A stretch of 64,000 nt of DNA, taken from assembly GCA_948468045.1 (NCBI GenBank), contig CAOKGO010000003.1, positions 12,834-76,833 of the forward strand, given 5' to 3'. The notes under the pieces were generated by a model, which saw nothing but the letters and a program-made list of their open reading frames with translations, was not told the origin of the DNA and did not search any database. Positions 32,106-42,452 of the stretch are shown piece after piece. Position 1 is the stretch's first letter; the number at the start of each line of letters is the position of its first letter. The position numbers and the translations under genes were made by a program. This DNA comes from an uncultured Clostridium sp. Lineage in GTDB: Bacteria > Bacillota > Clostridia > TANB77 > CAG-508.

Positions 32106-32330
32106 CAGTTGCGCCCATAATTCCATTACCATCTCATGGGAGGCATCTATCTTTCCATTGCAATAGCTTGCAATTGCAACAGAAATAAAGAGACCTGCAT
32201 ATCCCACGGCAAGTGGGACTCGAAATATACATACAATTACAGCCTGTATGAAAACAAGGCCTGCAACTGCTAGTGTTGCTTTTTCATATTTGTATCGTTC
32301 CTTCCGTGCAACTTTTAACAATCCTCTCAT
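32097..32330 (-). CDS. small two-TM protein in a GC-richer patch; contains an in-frame CGG that is NOT a frame break
   Basis: ATG at 32330 after a strong GGAGGGAG RBS. MRGLLKVARKERYKYEKATLAVAGLVFIQAVIVCIFRVPLAVGYAGLFISVAIASYCNGKIDASHEMVMELWAQLKT. The local G+C and CpG content are visibly above those of its neighbours. Confidence 0.45.
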   Translation of the reverse strand: MRGLLKVARKERYKYEKATLAVAGLVFIQAVIVCIFRVPLAVGYAGLFISVAIASYCNGKIDASHEMVMELWAQLKT

Positions 32331-32447
32331 AATTTCTCCCTCCTGCCCTCTTTTATAAGAAAGGGCTGAATCTAAAATAGTTTTTACATTACTTTTTGTA
32401 TTGTACAACATTTTACATAAGATTGCAAGGAAAAATTTTCCTTTTGA

Positions 32448-33800
32448 TTACATGGTCAGTGTGCCATTTGGCGTATTTGTTATAATCAAAATGTCTTCTT
32501 CTCTACCACTTTCAGCATTTATATAAACCAAAAATTCTCTATCTTCAACTTTTCCTTTAAATTCATAACATAAAATCTCTGTTTTCCATTCAGTTGGAAT
32601 AACAGCTAAGCCCTCACTTTGAATCTGTAATTGCTTATTTATTGTCTTTTTTGCATCTTCTTTAGAAATTTTTATTTTATCTATATCTCTTATACAATGA
32701 TTATTCAAATAACCTGATGTCTCTATTCCAAGAATTTCTCCATTATCCAAAGCAACCTTAACTTTAATCAAATCTGGATACATAACAACATTTTCTTGAG
32801 TTGCAGCATAATTAATAGTTACAATCCCCTCTTGTTTTAAATAATAAGTTTCTTTCATATTTTCAAAACCTTTAGATTTTAAATATTCCTTACCTTTGCT
32901 ATCAGCTTCCTCTTGAGAAATAATTTCAGAATTAACATCACGGTTTGTATTCATATACACAATATGTCCACCTTTTTTTGAAACTGAAACATTAATAGTA
33001 TTATCTTCTTTATTTTTAATAGAAAAATCAAAAACTGGAATTGTTGCATTTTCTGAAAAACCTAAATTAGAAGTTTCTTTTATATTATCTTTTCCAATAA
33101 AATCTTCTGCTATTTGCTTAGCCTTTTCTTCATTAATATCATCACCTGTTAAGCCCTTTTTCTCATTACTTGTCAAATGCTCAGAAAAAGCACCATCATA
33201 AATCAAACCAGAATACTCATGGAAATTTTCCTCTAAATTACTAAAACTTTCTTTTGAAATATTATCAACTTGTTGTGCAAAAGCAACTGTACCTTTTTTT
33301 GTAAGTTCTCCCCAAGAAAACCTACCTGTATTTAGGTCTTCAGATAATTGATTAAGCATATTTTCAAGCTCTACACTATAAGTATGCAAATCTTTCAAAT
33401 TTTTTAAATCTTCATCTGTTAAATCTTCATTATAAATATTTTTCCTTGACAAAGAATAACTATAATCACTAACCTGATTTAAGAACTTTTCAGTATTTTC
33501 AAGTTCTTGGCTTTCAATTGGAAGCATTGCTAAATAGCTTTGTGCAAGGTTTGCTTCTCTCCATAAATGTGTTAAAGTTTCTGCTCCATGCTCATTAGAT
33601 GACGAAATTAGTGATTTTGCTAAATAAGTTTCCACATTTTGTACATAATCTACTAATTCATAAAAAGCCATATTGTAATTATTTTCAGATGCTTGCCTAT
33701 ATTCTTTTTGTTTATTATACATTACAATTCCTAATGCAACTGCTAAAATAACTAATACAGCAATAATACCTAACATATACTCTTTTTTTAACTTTTTCAT
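32448..33800 (-). CDS. ypeB: germination protein YpeB
   Basis: 450 aa with an N-terminal TM segment and C-terminal PepSY-like repeats, immediately downstream of sleB as in Bacillus and Clostridium. Confidence 0.75.
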   Translation of the reverse strand: MKKLKKEYMLGIIAVLVILAVALGIVMYNKQKEYRQASENNYNMAFYELVDYVQNVETYLAKSLISSSNEHGAETLTHLWREANLAQSYLAMLPIESQELENTEKFLNQVSDYSYSLSRKNIYNEDLTDEDLKNLKDLHTYSVELENMLNQLSEDLNTGRFSWGELTKKGTVAFAQQVDNISKESFSNLEENFHEYSGLIYDGAFSEHLTSNEKKGLTGDDINEEKAKQIAEDFIGKDNIKETSNLGFSENATIPVFDFSIKNKEDNTINVSVSKKGGHIVYMNTNRDVNSEIISQEEADSKGKEYLKSKGFENMKETYYLKQEGIVTINYAATQENVVMYPDLIKVKVALDNGEILGIETSGYLNNHCIRDIDKIKISKEDAKKTINKQLQIQSEGLAVIPTEWKTEILCYEFKGKVEDREFLVYINAESGREEDILIITNTPNGTLTM

Positions 33801-33913
33801 ACTACCTCTCCTCTTGATGTATTCTTAGACGGTATCAAAATACATCATTACAATAAACTTTAATTTAAAAATTTAATCTTTTGATAATGTATTTTACCCC
33901 GTCCTAAAATACA

Positions 33914-34393
33914 TCATTTACAAAATCTATGTTTCCCTATGGTTTTGACTAATGGCCTTGACCATATCCACTTATTTGTAGCAGTTGCTGGATTAAAATA
34001 ATAAATGCAGCCACCTGTTGGATCCCAACCATTCATTGCATCACGTGCTGCTTTATATACTGTTGACCCCTCACTAATTGGTGTATTTATTTGTCCATCA
34101 CTTACAGCCGTAAATGCTCCTGATTGATATATAACACCAGCTATACTATTTGGAAATTTCGAATTTTTTACTCTATTTAGAATAACCGCACCAACTGCAA
34201 CTTGTCCTTCATATGGCTCTCCCCTTGCTTCTCCATTAATTGCTCTTGCCATAAGTTGTATATCTGATGTTCCATAAGACGATGCTGCATAACTAATATT
34301 TTCTTGTTTTATATCATTTTCTATAAAAATAATAGATATAATAATAAGTAATAATATTAGAATAATTCCTATTATTTTAATTACCTTTTTCAA
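33914..34393 (-). CDS. sleB: spore cortex-lytic enzyme SleB/CwlJ-type (Hydrolase_2 domain)
   Basis: LMARAINGEARGEPYEGQVAVGAVILNRVKNSKFPNSIAGVIYQSGAFTAV..GCIYYFNP. Confidence 0.85.
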   Translation of the reverse strand: MKKVIKIIGIILILLLIIISIIFIENDIKQENISYAASSYGTSDIQLMARAINGEARGEPYEGQVAVGAVILNRVKNSKFPNSIAGVIYQSGAFTAVSDGQINTPISEGSTVYKAARDAMNGWDPTGGCIYYFNPATATNKWIWSRPLVKTIGKHRFCK

Positions 34394-34571
34394 AAAATCA
34401 CCCTTCCTTATTTACAATTATTCTTTACTAAAAGTTTGTATATAATTTTTATATAGATGTTATAGAAAATATTTAATTTTTCCTATTTATATATAATATT
34501 ATTTTGCATAATTTTTTTTAAAAATATTCCATTTTTTGAATTTTTATTTTATAATAGGAATATCTACTGAT

Positions 34572-34615
34572 GCGAAAATTGCAAAGCAATTTTTTCGTGG
34601 AACGCTTTATATTAT
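34572..34615 (+). repeat. three-hairpin intergenic repeat, locus 5 (type 1 H2 and the start of H3 only)
   Basis: GCGAAAATTGCAAAGCAATTTTTTCGTGGAACGCTTTATATTAT. Confidence 0.7.
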
Positions 34616-34638
34616 GATAAAATGCAAATGGAGGTTTT

Positions 34639-35759
34639 ATGAATATTTTAATTTTTTATGCTTCTTATGGAGGTCGGACACTTAAATGCTGCAAAATCTA
34701 TTCATGAATATATTGAAACTAATTATAAAGAAAATGACCTTGAAATGATTGATTGCATGAAATATGTAAGTGAGCCAATAGAAAAACTTACAACCGCTGC
34801 TTATCGCGAAGCTGCTAAAAAAGTTCCTTGGGTTTGGGGTCGAATTTACAATGATTCTCAAAAAGGACCATTAGCACACCTTTCTACTAGGGCTAATAAG
34901 GTTATGGCTATTAAATTACTTAGATTACTTCGTAAAAAGCAACCAGATTTAATTATTTCAACACATCCTTTTAGTAGCCAAATGTGTAGTTATTTGAAGC
35001 GAAAAGGTAAAATCACATCTAAAATTGCAACTATTCTAACTGATTTTGCCCCACATGACCAATGGCTTGTTGGAAGCAATTTTACAGATTTTTATTTTGT
35101 TGCAAACGATAAAATGAAAAAATACTTGATTTCTAAAAACATATCTAATAATAAAGTTTTTGTAACAGGAATTCCTTTATCTAATCGTTTTTTACACACC
35201 TATGATAGAAAAAAGATTTTAGCAGATTATAAATTAGAAGATAAAAAAAAGAATATTTTATTTTTTGGTGGAGGCGAATTTGGTTTAGGGAAATCAAGAA
35301 CTATTGAAATTTTTGATGCTTTAATTAAGTTTTCAAATAATTTGCAAATTGTAGCAATTGCTCGGAAAAAATGAAAAAATGAAAACAAAATTTGATGAAA
35401 TTGTATCTAAAAATAAGGCCAATAAACGAGTTAAAGTTTTAAAATTTACAAATCAAGTTCCTGAACTCATGAGTATTTCCGACTTAGTGGTTACTAAACC
35501 TGGTGGTATGACTACAACAGAAAGCTTAGCTTCTAGTTTGCCAATGTTAATTATAAATCCAATTCCTGGTCAAGAAGAAGAAAATGCAGAATTTTTAGAA
35601 AACAAAGGTGTTGGTATTTGGCTTAAAAAAAATGATGATGTTTCTAGAGTTTTAAATGATTTATTTGCTAATCCTGAAAGATTATCAAAAATGAAACAAA
35701 ATACAAAATTATTAGGAAATATAAACTCAACAAAAGATATTTGTGAAATTTTATTATAA
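34639..35759 (+). CDS. ugtP: monogalactosyl/diglucosyl-diacylglycerol synthase (UgtP/MGDG synthase family); needs two +1 shifts at in-frame CGG (34675..34677, 35363..35365)
   Basis: ATG at 34639. MNILIFYASYGG-G-HLNAAKSIHEYIE.. (GGGH motif). At the second site, ..LQIVAIA-G-KNEKMKTKFDEIVSK..VTKPGGMTTTESL..PGQEEENA. The track splits the gene into 34658..35374 and 35358..35759. Confidence 0.85.
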
Positions 35760-35790
35760 ATAGGATTTAGGGGCCGTCCCTAAATCCTAT
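35759..35790. terminator. GC-rich hairpin AGGATTTAGGGGCCGTCCCTAAATCCT (family copy 1), between convergent ugtP and recR
   Basis: Perfect 10-bp stem. A near-identical copy is at 45037..45068. Confidence 0.7.
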
Positions 35791-36386
35791 AATTCTCTTC
35801 TTCCTTCTAGAGCCTTTGTTAAGGTTATCTCATCTGTATATTCTAAATCACCACCCACTGGAATTCCATGAGCTATTCTAGTTACTGTAATTCCCAAAGG
35901 TTTTATCAACTTAGACAAATACATTGCTGTTGCCTCTCCCTCTACTCTAGGGTTTGTAGCAAGTATAACCTCTTTTACTTGTCCATCCATTAATCTAGAT
36001 AAAAGTTCTTTAATTTTAATATCATCTGGCCCAACCCCATTCATTGGAGAAATTGAACCATGTAAAACATGATAAACTCCTTTGAATTCATGTGTTTTTT
36101 CCATCGCTATAATATCTCTTACATCTTCTACGACACATATAATTCCATTATCTCTTTTAGTATTTGCACATATATTACATGGGTCTGTATCTGAAATATT
36201 AAAACATTTGCTACAATATTTTAAATTTTTTTTAGCATTTACAATAGATGACATAAATTCATTTGTCTCTTCCTCTGAGCTGTTTAAAATATAAAAAGCA
36301 AGCCTCGCAGCAGTTTTATGCCCGATGCTTGGTAATCTTTCAAAACTTTCTATTAATTTTTCAATTGATGGTGAATATAATGACAT
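35787..36386 (-). CDS. recR: recombination protein RecR
   Basis: [14 protein letters not shown], a C4 zinc finger ([16 protein letters not shown]) and a Toprim domain. Confidence 0.95.
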   Translation of the reverse strand: MSLYSPSIEKLIESFERLPSIGHKTAARLAFYILNSSEEETNEFMSSIVNAKKNLKYCSKCFNISDTDPCNICANTKRDNGIICVVEDVRDIIAMEKTHEFKGVYHVLHGSISPMNGVGPDDIKIKELLSRLMDGQVKEVILATNPRVEGEATAMYLSKLIKPLGITVTRIAHGIPVGGDLEYTDEITLTKALEGRREL

Positions 36387-36448
36387 TTTTATTTCCTTCC
36401 TTTGTTTGCTTTTTACAAAATGGCAAAAGAAACATCCTTAATAAGACA

Positions 36449-36793
36449 CTACATAAGTCCTGGTATGTTAAATTTTCCAAGTTGAGCAGCTTGTTCACTA
36501 TCTACTTTTCTTAATGCCTCATTTACACAAGTTAATATTAAATCTTCTAACATTTCTACATCTTCTGGATCTACTACATCTGGTTTTATTTTTATTTCTT
36601 TTATCGCTTTTTCTCCAGAAACTTTTACAGTTATAGCTCCACCACCAGCAGATGCCTCAAATTCTTTATTTGCTAATTCTGCTTGTGATTTCTCCATATC
36701 AGCTTGCATTTTTTTTGCTTCTTTCATCAAATTATTAATATTCATTCCTCCGAATCCTCCCATTCCTCCTGGGAATCCACCTCTTTTACTCAT
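36449..36793 (-). CDS. ybaB: nucleoid-associated protein YbaB/EbfC
   Basis: [43 protein letters not shown]. Confidence 0.9.
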   Translation of the reverse strand: MSKRGGFPGGMGGFGGMNINNLMKEAKKMQADMEKSQAELANKEFEASAGGGAITVKVSGEKAIKEIKIKPDVVDPEDVEMLEDLILTCVNEALRKVDSEQAAQLGKFNIPGLM

Positions 36794-36806
36794 AATTATT
36801 CTCCTT

Positions 36807-38474
36807 TCATTCTATTATATTAAATGGTATATCTGATTGGTTCGCAAATTTTTGCAAATTCTCCTCATTTGTTAATTTATGTTGACTACTGTTTTGTACT
36901 AAATATTTTATTTGCATTTCTTTGCCACAAGCCATAGATACCAAATTTATAATTTCCCTTATATTTTCTTGCTTTTCCAACACTGCCTTTCCAAAAGGTG
37001 TCATTCCATTTGGAAATTCAATTCCAACTGTCATATCATTTAATTCTTTTGCCACAGTTCCTATTAGGTTTGTATATAAAACAATTTTGCCATTTTGTTT
37101 TAAATCATTTACTATTTGAGGCCAATATTGTGCTGGATTACTAGAATATTTTTTTTGGCTAATTGTTGTTTTAGATTTCTTGCTTGAAGCTGTTGTAGTA
37201 CTTTCAATACTTCCAGTTGAATTAAAAGTTTCATTTGTGCTTGTATTTATTTTATTTATATTTGCGTTTGTTTGAGTTATATTATTAGAGTTTGACTGTA
37301 TAATGTTATTATTTACAAAACTTTTATTTATATTTCCTGATTTTATGTATTTTTCTAAACTTCCTATTCTTTCTTCTATGTCTTCACCTATTTGTTTTGG
37401 CTCATTACACAATTTTATTATTCCTGCTTGAAATATAATTGTTTTTTGCGTTGTCCATTTTATGTCACTCTCTAATTCTGATAATTTATAAATTAAATCC
37501 ACTAATTTGTTTTTTGTTGCCATTTCAGAAATAGCTTTTATTTGACTTTGTTCCTCTTCATTATATAATTCTAATTCCTTTGTTGCTTGATATACTAAAA
37601 TATCTTTTACATATTTTATCATTTCCCAAATAAGATTAGCTATATCTTTTCCTTCTTTTAGAACATTTTCCACATTTTCTAATGCTTTGTTTACATTATA
37701 TTCTAAAATAGCTTGCACAATTCCATTTACCAATGTAATCTTAGGAATTCCTATTAAGTCTTTTATTTTATCTTCATCGATTTTATTTTGACCATCTTGA
37801 ACACATCTTTCCAAAATTGATAAACTGTCCCTCATTGCACCTTCAGACAGACTTGCAATAATTGCTAATGCTCCTTTTGTTGCTTCTATATTGCTTTCTT
37901 TACATACAATTTCTAACCTTTTTATTATGTCATCATTTGAAATTCTTTTAAAGTCAAACCTTTGACATCTTGATAAAATAGTGGCTGGTAATTTTTGAGG
38001 TTCTGTTGTTGCTAAAATAAATTTTACATGTTCTGGCGGCTCTTCAAGGGTTTTTAATAATGCATTAAAAGCTCCTGTTGATAACATATGTACTTCATCT
38101 ATTATATAAACTCTATATTTTGCTCTAGTTGGTAAAAAGTTTACTTCTTCACGAATACTTCTAATATCTTCTACACTGTTATTTGATGCTGCATCCATTT
38201 CTACAACATCTGTTAAAGCCCCAGAAATAGCACTTTTGCAAATTTCACATTCATTGCAAGGTTCTCCATCTTTTGGATTTAAGCAATTTATTGCTCTTGC
38301 TAAAATTTTTGCTGCTGAGGTTTTTCCTGTTCCTCTTCCTCCATTAAAAAGGTATGCATGACCTACTCTTTGTGCTATAATTTGGTTTTTCAGTGTTTTT
38401 ATGATTGCCTCTTGTCCAACCATTTCTGAAAATGTTTGTGGCCTGAATTTTCTATATAATGCTGTATACTCCAT
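36807..38474 (-). CDS. dnaX: DNA polymerase III subunit gamma/tau
   Basis: [25 protein letters not shown]..a zinc module [16 protein letters not shown]. Confidence 0.95.
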   Translation of the reverse strand: MEYTALYRKFRPQTFSEMVGQEAIIKTLKNQIIAQRVGHAYLFNGGRGTGKTSAAKILARAINCLNPKDGEPCNECEICKSAISGALTDVVEMDAASNNSVEDIRSIREEVNFLPTRAKYRVYIIDEVHMLSTGAFNALLKTLEEPPEHVKFILATTEPQKLPATILSRCQRFDFKRISNDDIIKRLEIVCKESNIEATKGALAIIASLSEGAMRDSLSILERCVQDGQNKIDEDKIKDLIGIPKITLVNGIVQAILEYNVNKALENVENVLKEGKDIANLIWEMIKYVKDILVYQATKELELYNEEEQSQIKAISEMATKNKLVDLIYKLSELESDIKWTTQKTIIFQAGIIKLCNEPKQIGEDIEERIGSLEKYIKSGNINKSFVNNNIIQSNSNNITQTNANINKINTSTNETFNSTGSIESTTTASSKKSKTTISQKKYSSNPAQYWPQIVNDLKQNGKIVLYTNLIGTVAKELNDMTVGIEFPNGMTPFGKAVLEKQENIREIINLVSMACGKEMQIKYLVQNSSQHKLTNEENLQKFANQSDIPFNIIE

Positions 38475-38563
38475 ATTCTCACATCCTCATGTGCATTTTT
38501 ACTTTAGTAATGGCTAAAAAATAATACTCCACACAACCACAGTTTTAACCTTTACTAATTTTT

Positions 38564-38684
38564 AAAGCTTAATCTCTCTATGGAAAGACTCCACATAAAG
38601 ATTTCTACTTATTGCTGCTTCCTTCCGGACCTGACAAGATTCATAGGTCTTTATTGGATTCTCTCCATACAAAGATTAAGCTTT
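38564..38684 (-). ncRNA. ffs: signal recognition particle RNA (small, 4.5S-like form)
   Basis: The minus strand contains the invariant domain IV sequence GTCAGGTCCGGAAGGAAGCAGC. The terminal arms AAAGCTTAATCT../..AGATTAAGCTTT close the helix. Position upstream of dnaX matches the Firmicute scr-dnaX-ybaB-recR arrangement. The exact ends are approximate. Confidence 0.8.
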
Positions 38685-38837
38685 TAAGCTTTAAAAGTAT
38701 TATATAATGAATTTTTAATTTAATCAAGTATTTTTTTTGATTTTGTGAAATCGTAATGTAAGTTATAAAAATTAATATCTAAAACTTTTATATAAAAATT
38801 TATTATTATTTATTAAAATAGTTATATATCCTATATT

Positions 38838-39581
38838 TTACAAACGTTCCCATTTTATATTTAACTCTGTTATTTCCTTAGATGCTATTCCTTTTTCAAT
38901 CACATCTTCTAATGGCAATCCCAAATTAACTGTTGTTTTATATTTTTTTCCTGCTTCTAATTGCAAAGTTAAATCAAATGTTATTTTTATGTCTAGTTCT
39001 TCTTTTTTTACTTCTGCTTTTTTTAATAGTTCCTCATGGTTAATTTCTTCATCATTTGTTACAAATTGTTTTAAGTTATTATTAGAACATCTAAATGCTA
39101 TAATTCCACCCTGATTTGAAATTTTCATTTGTTTTAGGTTAGATTGTATTTCTCCTAAATATTCTAGGTTTTGTACAATATTTTCTTCTTTATTTTTAAA
39201 AATTACATTTTCTTCTTTTTCTTCTGGTTTATATATTTTTATGTTATCCTTTCTTTCTGCATTTATCTGTATATTATCAATTTTAACATTTTTGATTATT
39301 TCTGTTTTTCCATAACTATCATTTTTATCTAAATATAAAAACACATCATTACTTTGATATACATCAAAAGCCCATTTTGTATCTGTTGTTTCTTTGTCAA
39401 TGCCTTCTCCTGAACTAATAATTGCTATCTTTGAAATAGTAAATGGTATATTTGTTTCACCTTCTATATTATATTTTAATATAAACATTCCTATTGCAAA
39501 TAAAATAATAGCTATTATAGTTGTTACCATAACTCTACGAAAATATTTCTTGTTAATTAGATCTTTTATATTTCTAATCAT
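38838..39581 (-). CDS. hypothetical membrane-anchored protein
   Basis: 247-aa ORF with one N-terminal TM segment and a GGAGGAAAC RBS. No recognisable family. Confidence 0.45.
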   Translation of the reverse strand: MIRNIKDLINKKYFRRVMVTTIIAIILFAIGMFILKYNIEGETNIPFTISKIAIISSGEGIDKETTDTKWAFDVYQSNDVFLYLDKNDSYGKTEIIKNVKIDNIQINAERKDNIKIYKPEEKEENVIFKNKEENIVQNLEYLGEIQSNLKQMKISNQGGIIAFRCSNNNLKQFVTNDEEINHEELLKKAEVKKEELDIKITFDLTLQLEAGKKYKTTVNLGLPLEDVIEKGIASKEITELNIKWERL

Positions 39582-39666
39582 GTTTCCTCCTTTGTGAATT
39601 TAGGAATAATAAAGACATTTTTTTAGCTTATTTTGTGAAATTAGGAACAGATTTTTATATTATATA

Positions 39667-39750
39667 TCTTTGTTATCATTTGAATTTGCTTTTTACAAAT
39701 TTGTGTAAATATATTTATGTTATAGGAAAACTTTGATTTTTCCTATAACA
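39667..39750 (+). repeat. three-hairpin intergenic repeat, locus 6 (degenerate type 2 H2+H3)
   Basis: ..GAATTTGCTTTTTACAAATTTGTGTAAAT..GTTATAGGAAAACTTTGATTTTTCCTATAAC. Confidence 0.7.
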
Positions 39751-39757
39751 TTAAAAA

Positions 39758-40219
39758 TTATTTTTTTAATTCTCTTAGATATTTAAAAAATTCTTTTAAT
39801 ATTGTTTCACATTCTTCTTGTTTTATTCCTGTTTCTATTTGTATTTTGTGGTTAAATGGATAATCTTGAAGTAGGTTTAAAACTGAACCACAAGCTCCTG
39901 TTTTTTCATCTTTTGCTCCTATGTAAACTTTTTTTATTCTAGCTTGTATCATAGCTCCTGCACACATCGAACATGGTTCTAAAGTAACATACATTTCACA
40001 GTCTAGTAGTCTCCATTCTCCTAATTTTTTACTTGCTTTTTGTATCGCTATTATTTCTGCATGTTTTGTTGTGTCTTGTTTTGTTTCTTTTATGTTATGT
40101 GCTCTTGCAATTATTTCTCCATTTTTTACTATTATACATCCAACTGGTACTTCTAATTTTTTAGCTGCTTTTTTTGCCTCTTTTATGGCTTCTTTCATAT
40201 ATTGTTCTTTTTCTTGCAT
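39758..40219 (-). CDS. tadA: tRNA adenosine(34) deaminase TadA
   Basis: HAEIIAIQKA..TLEPCSMCAGAM CDA zinc motifs. Confidence 0.9.
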   Translation of the reverse strand: MQEKEQYMKEAIKEAKKAAKKLEVPVGCIIVKNGEIIARAHNIKETKQDTTKHAEIIAIQKASKKLGEWRLLDCEMYVTLEPCSMCAGAMIQARIKKVYIGAKDEKTGACGSVLNLLQDYPFNHKIQIETGIKQEECETILKEFFKYLRELKK

Positions 40220-40352
40220 TATAATTCCCCTTTGTTATATGCTATTTTAGCATATTAGTTTTTAGTTTGCAATGGTCCCAAAGATTTTTGTTTGTGTCGT
40301 AAAATTGACAATACAAAAAGAAAATGTTAAAATGTCTAAGAAATAATTATAT

Positions 40353-40428
40353 GTGCTTATAGCTCAACAGGATAGAGCACCCGCCTCCTAAGCGGGCGAT
40401 AGAGGTTCGAGTCCCCTTAGGCACACCA
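40353..40428 (+). tRNA. tRNA-Arg, anticodon CCT (reads AGG)
   Basis: Manual cloverleaf fold. Acceptor GTGCTTA/TAGGCAC, D arm GCTC-AACAGGATA-GAGC, anticodon arm CCCGC-CTCCTAA-GCGGG (7-nt loop, anticodon CCT). T arm with GGTTCGAGTCC (one A.C mismatch in the stem) and an encoded CCA. Confidence 0.85.
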
Positions 40429-40445
40429 ATTTAAGCCTATTTTTA

Positions 40446-40613
40446 TTATTTCTTTTTATCATAACATTCCTTTGCATTAATAAATCCTAGCAAATACACT
40501 TTTTTAATTATTTGAGGATACTTTTTTGCTATTTTCCATTCTTCTTTTGTAAATATTTTTTTGTTTTCTTTAATCCTTTTATTGATAAATTTATCTAAAG
40601 TAATCTTTTTCAT
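40446..40613 (-). CDS. small basic hypothetical protein (55 aa)
   Basis: Below the track cutoff. ATG at 40613 after AGAGGTG. MKKITLDKFINKRIKENKKIFTKEEWKIAKKYPQIIKKVYLLGFINAKECYDKKK. Confidence 0.35.
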   Translation of the reverse strand: MKKITLDKFINKRIKENKKIFTKEEWKIAKKYPQIIKKVYLLGFINAKECYDKKK

Positions 40614-40888
40614 AAAGTAAAACACCTCTTTCGTATAAAAATCATTTGACTTTCACACTTAAAAAGGTTATACTAACAATAGTCATACTTTTAAAAGTGT
40701 GCTAGTTATAAGAAGATGGCGAGGTTTAGCGGTCTAGCTATCTTCTTGTTTTGTATTATACTATACTATATTATAAAAAACAAAACCCTCTTTCGACAAA
40801 AAAATTCGCAATGCATAGAAAACAGTGCGAAATTTTCAGAAAATTTTTTCTTTTAATTTTACTACTATAATAAAATTTTATACTATTA

Positions 40889-41224
40889 TCATAAAATTTT
40901 ATTTCTTAAATCATGCCATGTACAACCACTTATATATTTTAAGCTTTCTGTGTTTAATAAATTATTTTCTTTAGCATAATGATTCCATTCCTTAATTGTA
41001 GGAAATTTCATAAAATCTCTTGTTATTTTTTTTAGGTTTTTTATTGATTCTAAATATTTCCTGTACATGAAATTTCCTTTGTGGTATTGTTGTTCTTTTT
41101 CATAATAATTGTTTACTAATTCATTGTATCTTATACTAATTTTCTTTGTCTTTTCAGAGGATAGCCCTGTTGTTTCTATGCTTTCATCTAATTTCTGTCT
41201 TAATTTTTCAAAATTATGTATCAT
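40889..41224 (-). CDS. hypothetical protein, weak Spo0E-like N-terminal helix pattern
   Basis: KLRQKLDESIETTGLSSEKTKKISIRYNELVNNYY resembles the Spo0E-family aspartyl-phosphate phosphatase helix-hairpin. This is a weak call. Confidence 0.35.
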   Translation of the reverse strand: MIHNFEKLRQKLDESIETTGLSSEKTKKISIRYNELVNNYYEKEQQYHKGNFMYRKYLESIKNLKKITRDFMKFPTIKEWNHYAKENNLLNTESLKYISGCTWHDLRNKIL

Positions 41225-41689
41225 TTGTATTAATCACCTTACCTTATTCTCTTTTGTAACACATTTTATTAAAAATTACAATATAAATTTATACTATTTT
41301 TTATCATATTATTTTTAAAAATTGTAGGCACTAAAAATATGAATCCGATTTTTCTATGCTACATTTTATTTTACTTTTCTACTTATTTTGACATTTTTCT
41401 TCCCTTTTCGTTGTATATTTTTATTGAACTTTTGAAGTAAAAAAACTGATTACTTCTCTTTTTATTTTCTTTTATTATTATATATTGTTCTTTTTTCATT
41501 TTTAACCTCTTTCCTTTTATTTTAAATTAAAAAAATGTTTTCTAATTTTTATATTATTTAATTTTTTATTTATTATAGTATATTATAATTGAACTGTCAA
41601 TAGATTTATCAAAATAAACAAATAATTTGTTTACTTTGATTGAACCTTATGCTATAATATACTAAATAAATAAATTTGTAGAGGTAACT

Positions 41690-42049
41690 ATGGAAATAGA
41701 TAAAATTATAATAGGAAATAGAATTAAAATGCTACGAAAAGAATTAAATCTAACACAAGAAGAATTAGCTTTAAAACTTGGACTAAAAGGGAAATCTAGT
41801 ATTGCAAATTATGAAAAAGGTCTAATTAGCCCAAGTGATGATATCAAATTACAAATGTCCGAGATATTCAATTGTTCTATTGATTATTTAATGGGTATAT
41901 CTGATATTCGTCATTGGAATAAAGTTAGTTTAGACAAGCTTGATATTGCTTTTGCAAGTGGTATTAAAGGATTAAACAAAGAAAACCAAGAAATTGCAAG
42001 AAATATTATAGAAGGATTGTTAGCTAAACAAAAAAATGAAGAAAAATGA
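41690..42049 (+). CDS. XRE-family HTH transcriptional regulator (ImmR-like)
   Basis: IGNRIKMLRKELNLTQEELALKLGLKGKSSIANYEKG HTH_3 motif. Confidence 0.85.
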   Translation: MEIDKIIIGNRIKMLRKELNLTQEELALKLGLKGKSSIANYEKGLISPSDDIKLQMSEIFNCSIDYLMGISDIRHWNKVSLDKLDIAFASGIKGLNKENQEIARNIIEGLLAKQKNEEK

Positions 42050-42452
42050 CCTATACAAAAAAATCAAACAAGAAAATATTCATTATATTAAACACCATTT
42101 ATTTTCTTCAAGTGCTATGATAGCTCATTATGAAGATATTACTGTAATTATAGTAGATGATAAAAAAGTAAAAACAAAAACTGCTGAAAATACAGTTTTA
42201 ATACAAGAACTAGGGCATTATATGGCTGGTGCTTATTATCATACAAATAGTCCATATGAATTAATTGAAGAAATGGAACATAAGGCTGACCAAAAGGCTT
42301 GGGAAGAATTTTTCCCTTATGAAGAAATTAAAAAATTGATGAAAAAAGGTTTAACTACTTCCACCCAAATAGCCCAATATTATGATGTGGAAGTACCTTA
42401 TATGGCTCGATGTCTTAATTATTATTATAAGTATTATGGTTTTGATTTATAG
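42036..42452 (+). CDS. ImmA/IrrE-family metallopeptidase-like protein
   Basis: It overlaps the XRE gene by 14 nt. It carries a zinc-motif-like LIQELGHYMAG. XRE/ImmA pairing is typical of phage and ICE immunity modules. Confidence 0.6.
   Translation: MKKNDLYKKIKQENIHYIKHHLFSSSAMIAHYEDITVIIVDDKKVKTKTAENTVLIQELGHYMAGAYYHTNSPYELIEEMEHKADQKAWEEFFPYEEIKKLMKKGLTTSTQIAQYYDVEVPYMARCLNYYYKYYGFDL

Noticed and set aside
41341-41510. ORF of about 38 aa on the minus strand upstream of the XRE gene.
   Set aside because: It is very short and K-rich, has only a weak context and no recognisable motif. There is not enough support to call it.
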